From assembly GCA_965249575.1 (NCBI GenBank), contig OZ252244.1, positions 128,001 to 192,000 on the forward strand: DNA of 64,000 nt, read 5' to 3'. The DNA is from Gemmatimonadales bacterium. Lineage in GTDB: Bacteria; Gemmatimonadota; Gemmatimonadetes; Gemmatimonadales; GWC2-71-9. This document shows positions 50,495 to 58,790 of the stretch, piece by piece. Position 1 is the stretch's first letter; every line of letters starts with the position of its first letter. Below the pieces are notes generated by a model. It saw only the letters and a list, made by a program, of their open reading frames with translations. It was not told the DNA's origin and did no database searches. A program made the position numbers and the translations under genes.

Positions 50495-51676
50495 TCATCG
50501 ATTGACCTCATCGAGGAGTGCACGTAGCGTCCCGAAATCCCGCCTGTTGAACGGGAGCAACAGACGCGGGAGCCCGGCGAGGTCAGGGACGTCCGCCTCG
50601 GCTGGCATGAGAGGGCCCGTCTCCCTAATAACGCCCCGGCCGGGCATCAGCAGCGATGCGAACCGCTCGTTCAAGAGTTCGAGTCGGCCGGGTGGCAGCG
50701 GCTCGGCCAACCGAATCAGCAGCTCGTCGCGAACGTAGCGGCTGGAGTGGTATCGCCCATAAAAGCGACAGATCTCCTCGACGGCCGCGTCGATGTCACC
50801 CGTGATCTTGAACAGGTTCAGGTCCTGCTCGCTGATCATTCCTTCTTCCAGCAGATGCGTGCGCACGTAGTCCAACCAGGTCGTCCAGTATGTCGAGCCA
50901 CCCGGCTCGATCAACACGACCGGCACCAGCGACGTCTTCCCTGTCTGGATGAGTGTGAGCGCCTCGAACACCTCGTCGTGGGTGCCCAGTCCACCGGGAA
51001 ACCCAGCGACCGCTGACGCTTCCTTCAGAAAGCAGAGTTTCCTCGTGAAGAAGTAGCGAAAGTGAAGTAGCTTCTCGTCCCCGTCGATGACGGGATTGGC
51101 CGCCTGCTCGAAGGGCAGCTTGATGTTCACGCCGAAGCTGTTCTCTCGGCCCGCCCCCTCGTGGCCGGCCTGCATGATCCCCGGGCCGGCCCCGGTTATG
51201 ACCATGTACCCCCGCCCGACCATGCGCTTGCTGAACTCGGCAGCAGCGACGTAATCGGGACCCCCTGGATCCGTTCGTGCGGATCCGAAGATCGATACTT
51301 TTCTGCGGTCCGCGTGCTCGCCGAAAACCCTGAAGGCTTCATGCATCTCGCGAAGTGAAGCCGACAGGATCTTGATGTCCAACCGCGACGCGTCGGAACG
51401 CACCAGCTCCACCCCTACCCGTAAGATCTCGGCAACGAGCTCTCGATCTGGATGTTCCCCCGCGACTCCCAGAAGCGCCGCGATTTGTTCTTCAGCGGCG
51501 GGCTCGAGACGGCGTCCCCTGAGGCGGGCGGACTTCCCGGAGGGCCGGACCGGCGGTGTGGGCGCCAACAACTCGGCCGTCGGCGGATCTTCGTCGAGAA
51601 ACTCCCGATCCAACTCCGTCATGTCGGATGTACTCGCCCGGTCGTTCACACCCTTCTTGCGTCGTCGAGGTCCCAT
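50495..51676 (-). CDS. LOG family nucleotide phosphoribohydrolase (long form); start uncertain
   Basis: IFGSAR, TGAGPGIM, LPFEQ, YFFTRK, PGGLGTHDE. Confidence 0.88.
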   Translation of the reverse strand: MGPRRRKKGVNDRASTSDMTELDREFLDEDPPTAELLAPTPPVRPSGKSARLRGRRLEPAAEEQIAALLGVAGEHPDRELVAEILRVGVELVRSDASRLDIKILSASLREMHEAFRVFGEHADRRKVSIFGSARTDPGGPDYVAAAEFSKRMVGRGYMVITGAGPGIMQAGHEGAGRENSFGVNIKLPFEQAANPVIDGDEKLLHFRYFFTRKLCFLKEASAVAGFPGGLGTHDEVFEALTLIQTGKTSLVPVVLIEPGGSTYWTTWLDYVRTHLLEEGMISEQDLNLFKITGDIDAAVEEICRFYGRYHSSRYVRDELLIRLAEPLPPGRLELLNERFASLLMPGRGVIRETGPLMPAEADVPDLAGLPRLLLPFNRRDFGTLRALLDEVNR

Positions 51677-51806
51677 GCGCGCCTGTCGATGTCCTGGTGA
51701 AGGAAAGGGGGTAAGGGGGGCAACTGGCTCTCACGGGGCCTCCCGCTAATGAGCCTCCGCCCATCGCACCGCTCGTCCACAGTATCGGCCGTTCGGAGCT
51801 GCCGAC

Positions 51807-52295
51807 TCAGCGATCGGCGCTGTTCGGCACGTCAATCACGATCCCACGCAGCGCACCTCCTCTACTCTTGAGATCGGCATCTCCCGCCGGCGGGCCGCAC
51901 AGGCTGAGCACGTAGGCCAGAACGTCCTCATACTCCCGCCGGCTAAGACTCCCGGGATTCTCATACGGCATTTGTCTGCGTATGAGAGCAAAGAGGGCGT
52001 CGACGGTCTGGCCGGCCCAGGTCTCGAGGTAGCTGGGATCGCCGAACTGCCCCACCGGATGGCATTCGGTACAGTCCGACGCAAAGATACCAGCTCCACG
52101 TTCGGCCTGGGCCGTGGAATAGACGCCTTCCCAGACGGACTGGGTAGTCACATCCGGCTCGGCGGTCTGTGAGTGCGCCAATTCCCCCGATGCTGGGAGC
52201 AGGGCCGCGCCGATGAACAGCGCGGGCCACAGGATCCCCGCTGGCGCACCGTTGGTGCTAGGCCAGAAGTTACATGTCGCCCGGTCGACGGTCAT
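51807..52295 (-). CDS. Monoheme cytochrome c
   Basis: Signal peptide, SVWEGVYSTAQAERG, CTECH, MP distal ligand. Confidence 0.85.
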   Translation of the reverse strand: MTVDRATCNFWPSTNGAPAGILWPALFIGAALLPASGELAHSQTAEPDVTTQSVWEGVYSTAQAERGAGIFASDCTECHPVGQFGDPSYLETWAGQTVDALFALIRRQMPYENPGSLSRREYEDVLAYVLSLCGPPAGDADLKSRGGALRGIVIDVPNSADR

Positions 52296-52452
52296 CCGGG
52301 AATAAGCTGTGCTGGGGACTAATGGGCCGCCAGGGACGAATCGCCGACGGCTGTCGCCGCTCGACGTGCATCACCGTTCGCCCCTTGCCCCTCCGCACTT
52401 GCCGAACCAGGGCCTCCGGCGGAAAATCAGGCGCCACCGGTAAGCGCAGATA

Positions 52453-52468
52453 TGGCAAGATCTTTGCA
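52453..52468 (+). promoter_or_regulatory. Candidate sigma-54 promoter
   Basis: TGGCAA-GATCT-TTGCA, GG-N10-GC spacing. Confidence 0.6.
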
Positions 52469-52480
52469 CAGGACGCACCT

Positions 52481-53500
52481 GTGAACGACCTCCAACCACG
52501 CGCCGCGACGGGCGGCCGTAGCAACCGTGCAACAGGCTTCCGGGCACGCCGTTCCCGGCTTCACGCCGGGGCGGCTGCCCTGGTCCTGCTCGCCGGAGGC
52601 ACGCTATTCTCCCCAGAACGGGCACGCGCGCAGAACTCCCCTGAAGAATTGATCCTCGAAGTCAGCAGAGCACGGGACCTCGCGGTGCTCGCCCTCGAGG
52701 ACCTCGTGGGGCCCGTCGGACTGATGCTCTTGCGCATCGGCCCTTCGAGCGCCTTTGCTTCGGACCCCCGGGGCCTCGGCCATGGCTCGCTCACGTTCGG
52801 AGCGGTGGCCGGCGCGCTGACGCTCACGAGCCCGGACTATACCGACGCCGATCCCGCCGGAGGAGACCGAATCGACGCCGCTGTCGGCTCAGTCAACACG
52901 GACATTACCATCGGGCTCGCCTCGGGCCGAGCGATCGGACGCCTGGAAGGGGTCGGTAGTGTAGACGTCCTGCTACGACTCGGGTACACCCTTGGGGACC
53001 AAGACGACATCGCCGATAACGTCGATGTTGGCAGCCTCAAGTCCATCCTTGGAGCCGGACTGCGCATCGGAGTACTCAAGGGTGAAGGACTCCCGGCGGT
53101 ATCGCTGGCGGGAGGGTTCAACGTCCTCCGGCGCCGAACGTTCAACGTGCGCGGGACGGCTTCGAACAACGGCGCCACCAAGCCGTTCGTAATCGCCCTC
53201 GAGCTCGAGCAGACAACCGCGTTTGCGATAGCCGAGATCGCAAAGCGACTCGGGTTCGTCACGCCGTTCGCCGCCTTTGGCGTCGCCGGTCACACCTTCG
53301 AATCACATTACGACTCCGAGGTCGTTTATGACGCGACGTCGAACAGCGTCATCGTGAGCGACGACGTCGAGATCAAGCGTACGTCCGGCATCGCACTCGC
53401 TGGACTCGAGTTCGGCGCCGCTCCCGCTGGCATCGTGCTGGAAGGCGGGACAGCTGGTGGGGAAGCCTTTGGAGCCTTTTATATCCGCTTCCGGCGATGA
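52481..53500 (+). CDS. Exported hypothetical protein, likely outer-membrane beta-barrel
   Basis: Signal ending ARA-Q, alternating hydrophobic beta strands, terminal AFYIRF. Confidence 0.65.
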   Translation: MNDLQPRAATGGRSNRATGFRARRSRLHAGAAALVLLAGGTLFSPERARAQNSPEELILEVSRARDLAVLALEDLVGPVGLMLLRIGPSSAFASDPRGLGHGSLTFGAVAGALTLTSPDYTDADPAGGDRIDAAVGSVNTDITIGLASGRAIGRLEGVGSVDVLLRLGYTLGDQDDIADNVDVGSLKSILGAGLRIGVLKGEGLPAVSLAGGFNVLRRRTFNVRGTASNNGATKPFVIALELEQTTAFAIAEIAKRLGFVTPFAAFGVAGHTFESHYDSEVVYDATSNSVIVSDDVEIKRTSGIALAGLEFGAAPAGIVLEGGTAGGEAFGAFYIRFRR

Positions 53501-53513
53501 CGAAGAGCTAACA

Positions 53514-54449
53514 ATGTTCGGTCCGACCAACTCCCCAATTCGGCGCGGTGCGCTCTTCGGCCCAATGACCGCGGGCCTGCTCCTCGCGTGCTCCTCCACA
53601 ACGACTGGGCCGGGTCAGCGTGACATCGTGCTGACGGCGCGCCTGGTGGCCGGGCAGGCCAGCGTGGTGCCGTGCGCAACCGCACAACAGTTCGTCCAGG
53701 ACTTTGCGAACGTTTCGGCGCGCGTGGATGTCCTGTCCGTGAGCGAAGGCCCGTTCTTCAAGCAGCAGGACCTCGCGGTCCGCCAGGCAGGCGCCCCGGA
53801 CATCGTCCAGCTCATTGGTGACGTTAGCTTCCCCGTGCTCTCCGGCCGTGGCCCGTTCCTCGTGAGCGTCGCGCTGGGATACCAGGGCGACGAGGTAGAG
53901 GGACAGTTCGCCGGCTTTCTCCAGCTCGAGTCGGGGATCGGCATCACGATCGAATCGTTGACCATTCCCACACTGATCCCCCAGACCGACGGCACGCTGA
54001 TGACGACCAACGCCGTCCTCTGCGTTTCGTCAGACGCGGTCGAGCAGGGCCGGACGTTCTGCACGACGGACTCCGACATCGACAGCCAGAACCTGATCTA
54101 CGACCCCGTCGCGAACCGTTTCACCTACTCCTACCGCCGGCAGAACATCGATTGGCAGGACCAGGGATTCCGCACCGTCGTCTTCGAGCTGGACGGGAAA
54201 CTGGACCCGGCGGACATCTACCGCGGCTCCGCACAGATCACAGGCGGGATCGGCCAGCTCGCGGATCTCCAGATCGACGTCCAACCCGTCATCGACGGGG
54301 GCCCCGGGGGCTTGGGCGAAGGTATATCGGGAGACGTGCTCGTCCACTTCGAGGACGGTCGCGGCCCGACCGAGGGGGGAAGCTTCTCCCTGGCTCGGAC
54401 CCAGCGCCTCGCGTGCAATCCTTTGGAGATGTTGGCCGCCCGTCGTTAG
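53514..54449 (+). CDS. Hypothetical lipoprotein
   Basis: Lipobox LLAC; beta-rich; 13 nt after previous stop. Confidence 0.7.
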   Translation: MFGPTNSPIRRGALFGPMTAGLLLACSSTTTGPGQRDIVLTARLVAGQASVVPCATAQQFVQDFANVSARVDVLSVSEGPFFKQQDLAVRQAGAPDIVQLIGDVSFPVLSGRGPFLVSVALGYQGDEVEGQFAGFLQLESGIGITIESLTIPTLIPQTDGTLMTTNAVLCVSSDAVEQGRTFCTTDSDIDSQNLIYDPVANRFTYSYRRQNIDWQDQGFRTVVFELDGKLDPADIYRGSAQITGGIGQLADLQIDVQPVIDGGPGGLGEGISGDVLVHFEDGRGPTEGGSFSLARTQRLACNPLEMLAARR

Positions 54450-54637
54450 CGCCGCTGCAGGTCAAAGCCGACCCTACCTGATTACCACGACGGTGCATGC
54501 CGCTGCGCGTTGCGCTGACTCAGCCGCTCGACCGGTCGTCGTGGGCCCTCTGCGTCCGCTCCGAGAACCACGTTCCCCAGCCCAGGAGCGGCCATCGGGA
54601 CTAGGATCGGGTTGTTCGCTCGCTGGACGTCACCGCA

Positions 54638-55420
54638 TCAAAACGTGAGCTGCAGGTGCACTCCTCCGTGTCGGCGGCCCGCAAACGGCGTAATACTCAG
54701 CCGACCCTCACCGCCGCCCGATTCGGACGCGAAACGAGACACCGTCCGGCCGACCACGTACCCCAACACCCCGCCGGCGACGATGTCCGAGAAGAAATGT
54801 TCGTTGTCTTCCACACGGCTCACGGCGATGTACGTGGCCACGAGCGTCGCGGGTATCCCCACTTCGGGACCGAAGTGACGTGTCAAAACCGTTGCCCAGG
54901 TGAACGCGGTCGACGTGTGCCCCGAGGGGAACGAACGGGAATTTGTGCTATCGGGTCGCTGGCGGCCAAAGGAGCGTTTGAAGATTCCCGTGAGGGCGCC
55001 GTTGATGACCAACCCTTGGGCGAGGTCGAAGGTGACCCGGCGAAAGCGGCCCGCGGGAGCGATCTGCCCGGCCGCGAACAGCCCCAGGGTGCCTCCTGTG
55101 ACAACGAGCCCGTGGCCGATCGCATCGCCAAGGTCGCCCACTCCCTCGACGCGATCAGCGAGCGCGCCCTGCACCTCATGGTCGAACGGTCGGGCGGTGA
55201 GGGTCAAACCGGTGCCCGCGAGGAACGGGGCGAGGTTGCCGAGGGAGGCCAGGGCCACGGTACTCGACGCCAGGGCTCCAGGAAACGAAGCAATGATGTG
55301 GGGCGCTGCCCGGACATTTAGTGAATCGAGTGCGGCGCGGCTATCAGGTGATTGAATCTGCTGCGCAGCGCTGAGTGCGGGCGCAACGCAGAGCAGCAGG
55401 GACAATGCGATCCGGATCAT
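54638..55420 (-). CDS. PAP2-family phosphatase
   Basis: KxxxxRxRP, SFPSGH, SRVEDNEHFFSD. Confidence 0.9.
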   Translation of the reverse strand: MIRIALSLLLCVAPALSAAQQIQSPDSRAALDSLNVRAAPHIIASFPGALASSTVALASLGNLAPFLAGTGLTLTARPFDHEVQGALADRVEGVGDLGDAIGHGLVVTGGTLGLFAAGQIAPAGRFRRVTFDLAQGLVINGALTGIFKRSFGRQRPDSTNSRSFPSGHTSTAFTWATVLTRHFGPEVGIPATLVATYIAVSRVEDNEHFFSDIVAGGVLGYVVGRTVSRFASESGGGEGRLSITPFAGRRHGGVHLQLTF

Positions 55421-55512
55421 CCCCGGTCCTTTCGACTTTCAGTCCAACCAAGGTGTGCGGTCAGCCCCGCAAGCGCCAGCAAGCACGGCTTCCCCCACCT
55501 CGACCTGGCGGG

Positions 55513-55540
55513 TTGACCCAAACTCGTAACCTAGTTTAAT
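55513..55540 (+). promoter_or_regulatory. Candidate sigma-70 promoter of tRNA-Ser(GGA)
   Basis: TTGACC-16 bp-TTTAAT. Confidence 0.5.
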
Positions 55541-55562
55541 TCAATCGCTTAGGCCAATACAA

Positions 55563-55649
55563 GGACAGGTGGCCGAGTGGCTGAAGGCACGCGCCTGGAG
55601 AGCGCGTGAGCGGGGAACCGTTCCGTGGGTTCGAATCCCACCCTGTCCG
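55563..55649 (+). tRNA. tRNA-Ser(GGA)
   Basis: Acceptor GGACAGG/CCTGTCC, anticodon arm CGCGC-CTGGAGA-GCGCG, long variable arm, GGTTCGAATCC. Confidence 0.97.
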
Positions 55650-55650
55650 T

Positions 55651-55683
55651 GAGGGTAGTAAATAGTGAGTAGCGGGTGGCGAA
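55651..55683 (+). repeat. 33-nt imperfect direct repeat, copy 1
   Basis: GAGGGTAGTAAATAGTGAGTAGCGGGTGGCGAA; 28/33 identical to 58140-58172. Confidence 0.85.
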
Positions 55684-55816
55684 GTTGGTAGTCGTTAGAC
55701 GGTGCGATGGAGCTGGGGGAGTCGTGTAGGTCCGGACGCGTTGGCACCGCCGGGCGCGTTCCGCCCCAGGGGGCGTCAGCTCTTGGAACAGTGAACTCGG
55801 AAAGGATCAGCGTTTT

Positions 55817-57130
55817 TTGAATACAGGAACCGTGGCTCTGTGTACCATTGCCGTCCTGACCGCGGCCGTCGTTGGTCCGGCCGCGGCACAACTCGACCGC
55901 ATTCCTCCAGAGGTCCCTCTCCAGGGCGAGAATGGTCTCTACGTGGCAGAGCGCGACGACACCGTGCGGGTCCATTGGATCACGCAATACCCCGAGGCGG
56001 GACTGCTGGAGGTGTGGGTCTCGGATTCCCTGGTCCAATCGGCCATGACGGATTCTGGGCGGGCGCATTCGACCGCCATCACCAACCGAGCCGCGGCGGA
56101 GCTTCTGCTGCGGTACGGCGGTAAGCGCCACACGACCGACCGACACAACACCGTCCTTTCGCTCGAACCGCGGCCCAAACGGGCCGAGTCCGTCGTCAAG
56201 CGGGCAGACTCCATTTACGTGCTCGGCGACGTCCACGGCCAGTTCGAATCGCTCGTCACCCTCCTCGAGAACGCCAAAGTCATCGACGGCGATCACCGGT
56301 GGACGGGGGGGAAGGCACATGTGGTCTTCCTCGGTGATCTGTTCGACCGCGGTAACGATGTCGTCCGGACATTGTGGTTCATCTACCGCCTCGAGCGCGA
56401 GGCTCGCAAGCAAGGCGGCGCCATTCACGTCGTACTCGGCAATCACGAGATCATGACGTTTCTGTATGACCACCGGTACGTGGCGCCGAAGGAAGAGCTC
56501 GTGGCCCTATTCCATGGCACCCGCTACGGCACGATGTTCAATGTCGAAGAGTCGGTGCTGGGGCGGTGGCTTGCCTCCAAGCCCGGAATCCTGAAGATCG
56601 AGGACATCGTCTTTGCGCACGGTGGTGTCACCCCGACGTACGCACACTTCGACGTCGAGGAATACAACGACTCCTTATATCGATATCTGTACGACCCCAT
56701 GTTCCTCGATCTGCTCAGCGAAGATCCAGCCGTTGTTGCGCGATACGACTCGCTTCAGTTTCTGCAGCGGCTCGCTTTTTTCTTCTATGACGGAACTCCA
56801 TTCTGGTATCGCGGTTATGTCCAGGGCCAGCAGAGCGATACTATGGACATGGCAAAGAGCGAGACCGTCGTCATGCAGGCGCGCGAGCACGACACGCTCC
56901 GGCTACAGCTCGACTACGTGCTCGACCGGTATGACGCCCGGCTGCATGTGGTCGCCCACACGCCGGTCGAATCGGTGGCGCCCCGTTTCGGAGGCAAGCT
57001 CGTCGCCGTCGATCTGCTCAAACCCGCGACGGAAATGCTCCTGCTGGTTCGCGACAGGAAAAAGCGACGGCGCTATCGGATCGATTCGGATGGCAACGTC
57101 ACTGAATTGAAAGCCGAGCGGATTTCCTAA
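55817..57130 (+). CDS. Exported calcineurin-like metallophosphoesterase (PPP/Shewanella-like)
   Basis: Signal peptide; GDVHG, GDLFDRG, GNHE, HGG, AHT. Confidence 0.9.
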   Translation: MNTGTVALCTIAVLTAAVVGPAAAQLDRIPPEVPLQGENGLYVAERDDTVRVHWITQYPEAGLLEVWVSDSLVQSAMTDSGRAHSTAITNRAAAELLLRYGGKRHTTDRHNTVLSLEPRPKRAESVVKRADSIYVLGDVHGQFESLVTLLENAKVIDGDHRWTGGKAHVVFLGDLFDRGNDVVRTLWFIYRLEREARKQGGAIHVVLGNHEIMTFLYDHRYVAPKEELVALFHGTRYGTMFNVEESVLGRWLASKPGILKIEDIVFAHGGVTPTYAHFDVEEYNDSLYRYLYDPMFLDLLSEDPAVVARYDSLQFLQRLAFFFYDGTPFWYRGYVQGQQSDTMDMAKSETVVMQAREHDTLRLQLDYVLDRYDARLHVVAHTPVESVAPRFGGKLVAVDLLKPATEMLLLVRDRKKRRRYRIDSDGNVTELKAERIS

Positions 57131-58161
57131 TGGCCACGCGCGTAGCGGAGCCGCCAAGACTCACCGAGATCTCGTTGGTCGTCATCGCCGCCGTCGCGAT
57201 CGCGGCAGCCATCGCATACACCCGCCCGGTCATGGTTCCCTTCGTCCTGGCGGTGTTCATCGCCTACGCGGTTTCGCCCCTCGTGGACCTCGCCCAGGAC
57301 CGGTTTCGGATTCCGAGGGCCGTGTCGATCGTATTTGCCCTGGCCGTGGCCATCGGTCTCCTCACCCTCCTGGTGCTACTGATCAGCACGTCCACGGAGC
57401 GCATCCTCGCGTCCGCGAATATCTACCGAGACCGACTCGCGTCAATCGCGCAGAAGGTCTTCGCGGTACTCGACCGGTTGGGTATCGATTTGGGCCAGCA
57501 GCCGCTGCTACGGGGCCTGGAGGAGCTTCCCCTCGCAAGCATGGTCCGGGGCACGGCGGGAACCGTCGTCGGCCTGCTGACGACCGGAGGCCTCGTCGCG
57601 ATTTTTGTCGTGTACCTCTTGGCCGGGAGGCGGCCGGCCGAGCTGCGGACGGGCTTCTATGCCGAGATCGACGCCAAGGTCCAGCGATACATCGTGACCA
57701 AGGTCGCCGTGTCGGCAACGACGGGAATGCTGGTTGGCCTCATCTTGTGGTTATTCGGGCTAGAACTGGCCCTGGTGTTCGGCGTCGCCGCCTTCTTGCT
57801 GAACTTCATTCCATCAGTCGGATCGATAGTCGCCACGCTCCTGCCGCTTCCGATAGCATTGATCCAATACGAATCCATCTGGCCGATTATCGGCGTGCTG
57901 GCACTCCCGGGCGCCGTGCAAATCACCATCGGCAACGGCGTCGAACCGATTCTCTTGGGCGAAAGCCTGGACCTGCACCCGGTGGTGGTGCTGCTCGCCC
58001 TCATTTTCTGGGGGATGCTCTGGGGAGTCGTCGGCATGCTGCTGGCCGCGCCGATCACCGCCATACTTCGCATCGTGCTGGCCCGCATCGAAACCACGCG
58101 GCCGGTAGCAGAGATCTTGGCCGGGAGACTTCCGGCGGGGAGGGTAACGAGTAGTCAGTAG
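57130..58161 (+). CDS. AI-2E family transporter
   Basis: VPFVLA, FLLNFIPSVG, GESLDLHP, WGVVGMLLAAP; TAATG coupling. Confidence 0.9.
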   Translation: MATRVAEPPRLTEISLVVIAAVAIAAAIAYTRPVMVPFVLAVFIAYAVSPLVDLAQDRFRIPRAVSIVFALAVAIGLLTLLVLLISTSTERILASANIYRDRLASIAQKVFAVLDRLGIDLGQQPLLRGLEELPLASMVRGTAGTVVGLLTTGGLVAIFVVYLLAGRRPAELRTGFYAEIDAKVQRYIVTKVAVSATTGMLVGLILWLFGLELALVFGVAAFLLNFIPSVGSIVATLLPLPIALIQYESIWPIIGVLALPGAVQITIGNGVEPILLGESLDLHPVVVLLALIFWGMLWGVVGMLLAAPITAILRIVLARIETTRPVAEILAGRLPAGRVTSSQ

Positions 58162-58172
58162 CGGGTGGCGAA
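58140..58172 (+). repeat. 33-nt imperfect direct repeat, copy 2
   Basis: GAGGGTAACGAGTAGTCAGTAGCGGGTGGCGAA; supplies the AI-2E stop codon. Confidence 0.85.
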
Positions 58173-58182
58173 CAGAAGTGCT

Positions 58183-58790
58183 CTAGGTTCCCGTCTGCAC
58201 CCATTGCGCGGCGTGTTGAACGAGTTGAGCCGCGCTGCCCAACTGCATCTTCTTCTTGATGTGCTCCCGATGAGATTCAATAGTCTTCACGCTGAGCGTG
58301 AGCTCGGAGGCAATCCCCCGTGTGGTGCGGCCAAGTCCTATGAGCCGGAAGACCTCGAGCTCGCGATCGCTCAGCGTGTCCACCGGTGATTGCGGAGCCT
58401 CATCTGCGCCATCCACGACGCGGCGTAGCAGTCGTGACTGTATTCTGGGGCTCACGTACAGCTCCCCACTCATGACCCGGCGAATGGCCGTCAGGACGTT
58501 CTGCGACGCCTCCTGTTTCATGATGTAGCCGTGGGCTCCCGCTCGCAGCGCCCGCTCCGCGTAGACGTCTTCGCTGTGCATCGAGAGCACGAGCATCGGT
58601 AGGTCCGCCCACCGGGCTTTCACTCGCTTGATTAGCTCGAGGCCGTCGGCTCCCTCCAACGCGATATCCACGATTAACACGCCGGGGGACGCGTCCTCGA
58701 GTGCCCGCATTGCCTCCTCCACCGTACCAGCCTCACCTGAAACGGAAAGGTCGGTACTCTGGCCAATGAGCTGCGCGAGCCCCTCCCGCC
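58183..58790 (-). pseudogene. NarL/LuxR-family response regulator, N-terminally truncated
   Basis: REGLAQLI...DIAL...LSMH...LSDRELEV...KTIESHR; start codon and DDH acidic pocket absent; in-frame TGA just upstream. Confidence 0.85.

Noticed and set aside
22351..55645. Shared tRNA 3' sequence as attL/attR
   Set aside because: Both are complete tRNAs with different anticodons; identity is explained by paralogy; no integrase
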